A stretch of DNA of 52,336 nt from Nemertoderma westbladi (Eukaryota > Animalia > Xenacoelomorpha): contig JAUCBJ010006065.1 in NCBI GenBank assembly GCA_032718475.1, positions 1 through 52,336 of the forward strand, given 5' to 3'. The position numbers were made by a program, and so were the translations under genes. Shown here in pieces: positions 47,932 to 52,336 of the stretch (position 1 is the stretch's first letter; each line of letters opens with the position of its first letter). The notes beneath the pieces are model-generated. The model had not been told where the DNA came from, made no database searches, and saw only the letters and a list, made by a program, of their open reading frames with translations.

Positions 47932-48104
47932 TTTGGATCACTGTAGACCTCCCCACTCCTACCCGTAGCAACCTCTAGCGGATGGGGCAAGCAGCACATC
48001 TGGAAGGCTACCTTGACCACCTCTCGAACGAACCCTTGCAACGAACTGATCTGAAAGTCGTACAGACTCACCGGGCACTTCCCTTTCAGACTTCTCAGCA
48101 CTTG
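47932..48104 (-). CDS. SPATA18: SPATA18/Mieap-like exon (QVLRSLKG...FVREVVKVAFQMCCLPHPLEVATGRSGEVYSDPK)
   Basis: ttacag| ... |gttagt; 173 nt, phase 0 to 2; matches the Mieap FIxExxxxAFxMxxLxPPL...GE motif. Confidence 0.9.
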
Positions 48105-48307
48105 CTGTAACGTAAATAGAAAGACATTTTAATGGCCTGAAGTTAACACTACTCGGTTTTATTGCCTACAAGCTCCGAACTACAGTAACGTGCACGTTGT
48201 TTGTCCCTTTCTGAAAAATACATACCGGTAGGCCTTGGTTATCATACTGTCAGAGAATGCCAGTAATGTATACCTTCTTTCGGAAATATAGAGTAGCAAA
48301 CATCTAT

Positions 48308-48436
48308 TCCTACACCTACGCTAAATGCTACGCCTAGACCTACACATAAACCTACGCCTACACTTTTGCTAACACCTACGCCTACCCCTACTCTAACACA
48401 TACGCCTAAGCAAACACCTAGATTAGGTGTAGGCAC
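48308..48436. repeat. Imperfect short-period (tacgcc/tacacc) repeat
   Basis: Recurring cctacg/cctaca hexamers. Confidence 0.6.
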
Positions 48437-48498
48437 AGGCTAGGTTTTACACCCCTGGACTTCTTAAACTGTTAAGTCGAGTTGATACAAGACGAATA

Positions 48499-49340
48499 CA
48501 GTGTCGTTATTCAGGTACCTGCCACCACACCCCCCCCCCCCCCCCCCCCCCAGATTACATGAAATTTTACACAGATAGTTTCACCTCCCTCTTCCTCCGA
48601 GGTTGAGCCAGAATTTTTAATTTTGCTTTCAATTTTTAGCTACAAGCGTTTGAAAAAGTGCCTCCGGTGATATTTCACCAGTAACACTGCAGTTAATTTT
48701 CAACCTTATAGTGATTTGTTGGTACTGTTAGAAAGCTGGCCATGCCAGGATTACAAATATATAACACAACCAAAATTTCGTTTAAAAGTAGCTGAGATAT
48801 TAGCGTTCAACAGTTGCATGGTTTTGCAACTGCGCGATGCCATAGCTGCGCTATTCTATTAAATAAAAACACCATATATTCTAGAATATTTTGTATATGT
48901 TTGAATACCTACGTAACAGTATGATCATAGAGCAAGGCGTTCTAGATCTGTAGTTCTAGAACGCCTTGTTATAGAGCCATTGCATTGTTGCCCAGCTACG
49001 TAAGGGATAAACCAGAATATTGTGTATTTAGTATTTATTAAATATAATAAATGGCAGCATAGAATTGATATTTGGAATGTGGAATTGGATAATGTGGAAT
49101 TTAAATTTGGAATGCTATTTCCAAACCAAATTCAAATATTTTTAAATTTTGGAATCCTTGCAAGGGCAGCTTTCTATCAGTACCAACAAATCACTATAAG
49201 ATTGAATAACAACTACAGTACATTGTACCTAGTGAAATATCGTCGGAAACACCTTTTTCAAACGCTTGTAGCTAAAGAATGAAAGCGAAAATTAAAATTC
49301 TGGCTCACCCAGCAAGGAGGAGGGAGGTGAAACTATTTCT
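48499..49340. mobile_element. Long palindromic MITE, copy 2 (family of 41332-42247)
   Basis: TA|cagtgtcgttattcaggtac start; shared ttttagctacaagcgttt and gtgatttgttggtactg blocks in inverted arms; central hairpin caaggcgttctaga...tctagaacgccttg. Confidence 0.75.
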
Positions 49341-50377
49341 GTTTCGATAATTACTGATAAGTTATTTATTTTAAGCATTGCACGGATTCTAGAACCATAA
49401 TCGGACAGATTGTAAATGCACTTTATTATACTATTAAGTATTAGTTGAAACCTGAATTCTATCAAAAATACATATAATTGAACGATACCTTATATGGACA
49501 AAACGTGGAATATTATGAAGACCGATAAAATACTTGTAAGACATGGCAAAGAAAATAGTACTCTGGGTGCATTATTACATACAACCCTAATTCGATTATG
49601 TACCTTTATGTGTTATATGTATTAGTAATATGAATGTTGACTTAAGTTTCAAATAAAATACGATTACGAAATACAATTACATCACATCATTAGGGGTTGC
49701 GCTATGTATTTTCCTGAATTAAGGTATTTGCAATTTTGATGAGAGGTTTGAATACCAGTACCAGACTGATGGGCCAAGTATCCAACTTAATGTACAGATG
49801 AGATCCCTGGAGGGTTAATGATGGTGAATATACGGTAACTTAGTCAGTCAAATGGAAGTAGAAACGTAAAGAAATCACGGATTGATTCTCAAAAGTGCAC
49901 AGTGATCAAGTAAATTCCCAATAAAGCCCCTAGGCTTCTATGCGCTAAAGAGGAGATTACAATTTCTACAATTAATTATACAGCTTATTTCGAACGCAAT
50001 TTTTTTGTATCTAACAAGCAAAATGAATTTTTTTCAATAAATAGTGTTTTTCTATATCGTTGAAATCAAATAATTAAATTGACACTGATTGTAACTGTAA
50101 CAAGGGAAGTACCGGGGACAATATTGGTGATGAACCTTCGTTTTGGTTTTCCCATAAACAAATTCACTACACAAACCAAAATACATCGGAAACTTACAAG
50201 TGTGAGTGACACGCTACTTGTACAATGTGGTTCTGAAGATGCACATAATGGGTTATCACTTTTTATACTCAAGATAATCGTTTATAGGTAGGTGACTGAC
50301 GTATCAACACTTTATTTTACTTCTAATCAACAAATTAGAAGCTAATAGGAAAATAGATTCATCGGCAATACCACTTT

Positions 50378-50675
50378 AACAATGCTTGTCGAACAATGCT
50401 TGTCGAACAATGTTTGTCGAACAATGCTTGTCGAACAATGCTTGTCGAACAATGCTTGTCGAATAATGCTTGTCGAACAATGCTTGTCGAACAATGCTTG
50501 TCGAACAATGCTTGTCGAACAATGCTTGTCGAACAATGCTTGTCGAACAATGCTTGTCGAACAATGCTTGTCGAACAATGCTTGTCGAACAATGCTTGTC
50601 AAACAATGCTTGTCGAACAATGCTTGTCGAACAATGCTTGTCGAACAATGCTTGTCGAACAATGCTTGTCGAACA
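50378..50675. repeat. 14-bp minisatellite (aacaatgcttgtcg) x~21
   Basis: Homogeneous array starting 10 nt into a SPATA18 intron. Confidence 0.97.
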
Positions 50676-50685
50676 TAGTACTCAC

Positions 50686-50841
50686 CTGGACGACGCCGTA
50701 GGTGTCATGCATATTTCCGAACCGCCAGACATAATTGGTAACAGCCTCATCTAGGTCACCGGCGCTGTGAGTGGCTAGAAGATTCTTACGAACATTGAAT
50801 TTATACTCCGTAAATTCGTGACGAGCAGCATGGAAACTTTC
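50686..50841 (-). CDS. SPATA18: SPATA18/Mieap-like exon (ESFHAARHEFTEYKFNVRKNL...DEAVTNYVWRFGNMHDTYGVVQ)
   Basis: ttcaacag| ... CAG|gtgagt; 156 nt, phase 0-0; resembles vertebrate EAFHVAK.AF..FK..VRK.L...AV.DY. Confidence 0.9.
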
Positions 50842-50968
50842 CTGTTGAATGGAATACAATCTGTGAGAGCGGCGCGGGTTCGGGTATGTAATTACTTTAA
50901 TAGTGACAGAGACATGTATACAATTTGTATTTATGATACCATAAAATGAGTCTACAATAAATACTCAC

Positions 50969-51170
50969 AACAACTGCAGCGTATATAATCTCTTGCGCCT
51001 GGTTTTGATCAACGTAGGTTTTCAGTGCTGCCATAGCAGAGAGTCGATCGTGAGTGAACAAGTCGTTGTAGGTACTCATAAGGTCCTGCTGGGCTCGGTG
51101 GTCGTCTGGGGAAGGGTAGTAGGGAGGGTACGGCAGCAATAGGGTTCGCTTGTATGGCTTTGGTAGCAAA
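50969..51170 (-). CDS. SPATA18: SPATA18/Mieap-like exon (…QDLMSTYNDLFTHDRLSAMAALKTYVDQNQAQEIIYAAVV); upstream exons lie outside the window
   Basis: ttttttag| ... |gtgagt; 202 nt; resembles the Mieap segment F.D.Y...RLDA...L....D....Q.IIY.A.V. Confidence 0.88.
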
Positions 51171-51544
51171 CTAAAAAATATATTTTTTTAAATAAAATCT
51201 GTACGTGGATTGAATGCAATTCATTAAGGTTTTCCGAACAATAATAAACAGACACTATCTGATGCATGAACCGCCCTCCATTGTAGGCAGGTTAAAAGAT
51301 AAAGTCAATCAATAGAAGCATGTATTCGGTACAACGTAATATACCAATTTGTAATGTTATTGATGGTTTTATGCATCCCGAGGTATGATTTTATGTTTAC
51401 ACGAAGGATTCTGGTGATTGCGTAATTAACCTTGAAAGCAAGTCAACAATAACAGCCATCATCCACCCTTTAATTGGAAAAACAAAAGGTAATCCGAGCC
51501 ACAGTAACATTGCTACAGTATGACTTGGCTAGGATATGAAGGTC

Positions 51545-52336
51545 TTAAGCGGGGGGTAACCCCCCCCCCCCCCCCCCCCCCCCTCCACGCTTTTTCCTTT
51601 ACCTCGTGGTTTTTCTTTAAGTATAACTTCATTTTGGGTCCACCTTGGTGGGAAGAAATATCTTTTAAAAACATTCAGTAAGGGCGGCGTCGAGTGAGGT
51701 GAATTCGCCGCCCCTCTAAAGGACGCAGTCTACATAGAGGACGCGTAGTTACTGCGAAAACGGTGTTCCCCCCCCATTCGACCTATTTCCAGCCGTACGA
51801 TTTTCTCGATTTTTCGAGGGGGGACGCGTAATGCCAAAAAAATAAGATTCTTCAGAGCTTTTAGCGAATCTATCGTTTTGACGGACATGACGGACAATTG
51901 TCTGGTTTTTTTGTCTTTTTTTCACTAGGACTCTTAAAAAACCTCTATTTGACGCATCCAGAGACACCGAGAATCGAAAGAGGGGGTCTAAATTAGACGT
52001 TTCCACATCTTGGAATACCCCGCCTCCGGGCTTGTTTTCCGTCTATTGTCCGTCAAAGTTGAAAAAACGGACAAAATGACTTTGCGGAATCCGCTATAAC
52101 TCGGCTAATATTAATCGTACGGGGACGAAAGTAACGCGGTTGGAAAGGGGAAGAGTGGTACTACCTTCGTATCGAATGGGGGTAAGATATTTATTAAAAT
52201 TTCGGGTGGAAAAAAGGGGCCGTAAATTTCTACGTTTTTGTCCGTCTTTTTTCGAAATTTTATTTCCGAAATGTTTAATTTGACAACGCGGGTAGGATTC
52301 CACTAATTCTTTTTTGAAACTCGTAGAAGACCATTG
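51545..52336. mobile_element. Possible end of an intronic DNA transposon running off the window
   Basis: ttaa followed by gcggggggtaac and poly-C, then CpG-rich non-coding sequence with recurring ccgtc/gacgg motifs. Confidence 0.3.

Noticed and set aside
49718-50231. Extra SPATA18 exons (NHIVQVACHSH and LDLICTLSWILGP...)
   Set aside because: Splice-like signals exist, but they would terminate the protein before the conserved domain. The direct 50686 to 48104 join preserves Mieap alignment.
50342-50754. ORFs with FDKHCSTSIVRQAL or MLVEQCLSNNACRT repeats
   Set aside because: Translation of the 14-bp intronic minisatellite.

Overview
AT-rich, repeat-dense metazoan (probably marine invertebrate) genomic DNA, not prokaryotic. 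Three host-type genes are visible. (1) The 3' half of a SPATA18/Mieap-like gene on the minus strand, assembled here from six exons between 51170 and 32570. (2) An intronless 596-aa coiled-coil ORF (45485-47275, +) nested antisense in one of its introns. (3) A 794-aa single-ORF gene with a divergent Q50 PRD-class homeodomain (13234-10850, -) that lacks the usual PRD homeobox intron and ends in an OAR-like motif. The rest is mobile and repetitive DNA: RTE, CRE-like and RTEX-like LINE fragments, Mutator-like and Tc1/mariner-like MITEs with visible TSDs, Helentron/HINE-like elements, a ~1.55-kb tandem duplication, a 4.6-kb 15-bp satellite and several minisatellites. The most unusual structure is a family of palindromic elements with outward-facing tRNA-like arms, a one-sided ~34-nt tail and 9-13 bp TSDs, an architecture resembling inverted pLTRs of Penelope-like elements. 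One copy hosts a multi-level nest of other transposons. All calls were made by eye; no database searches were run.
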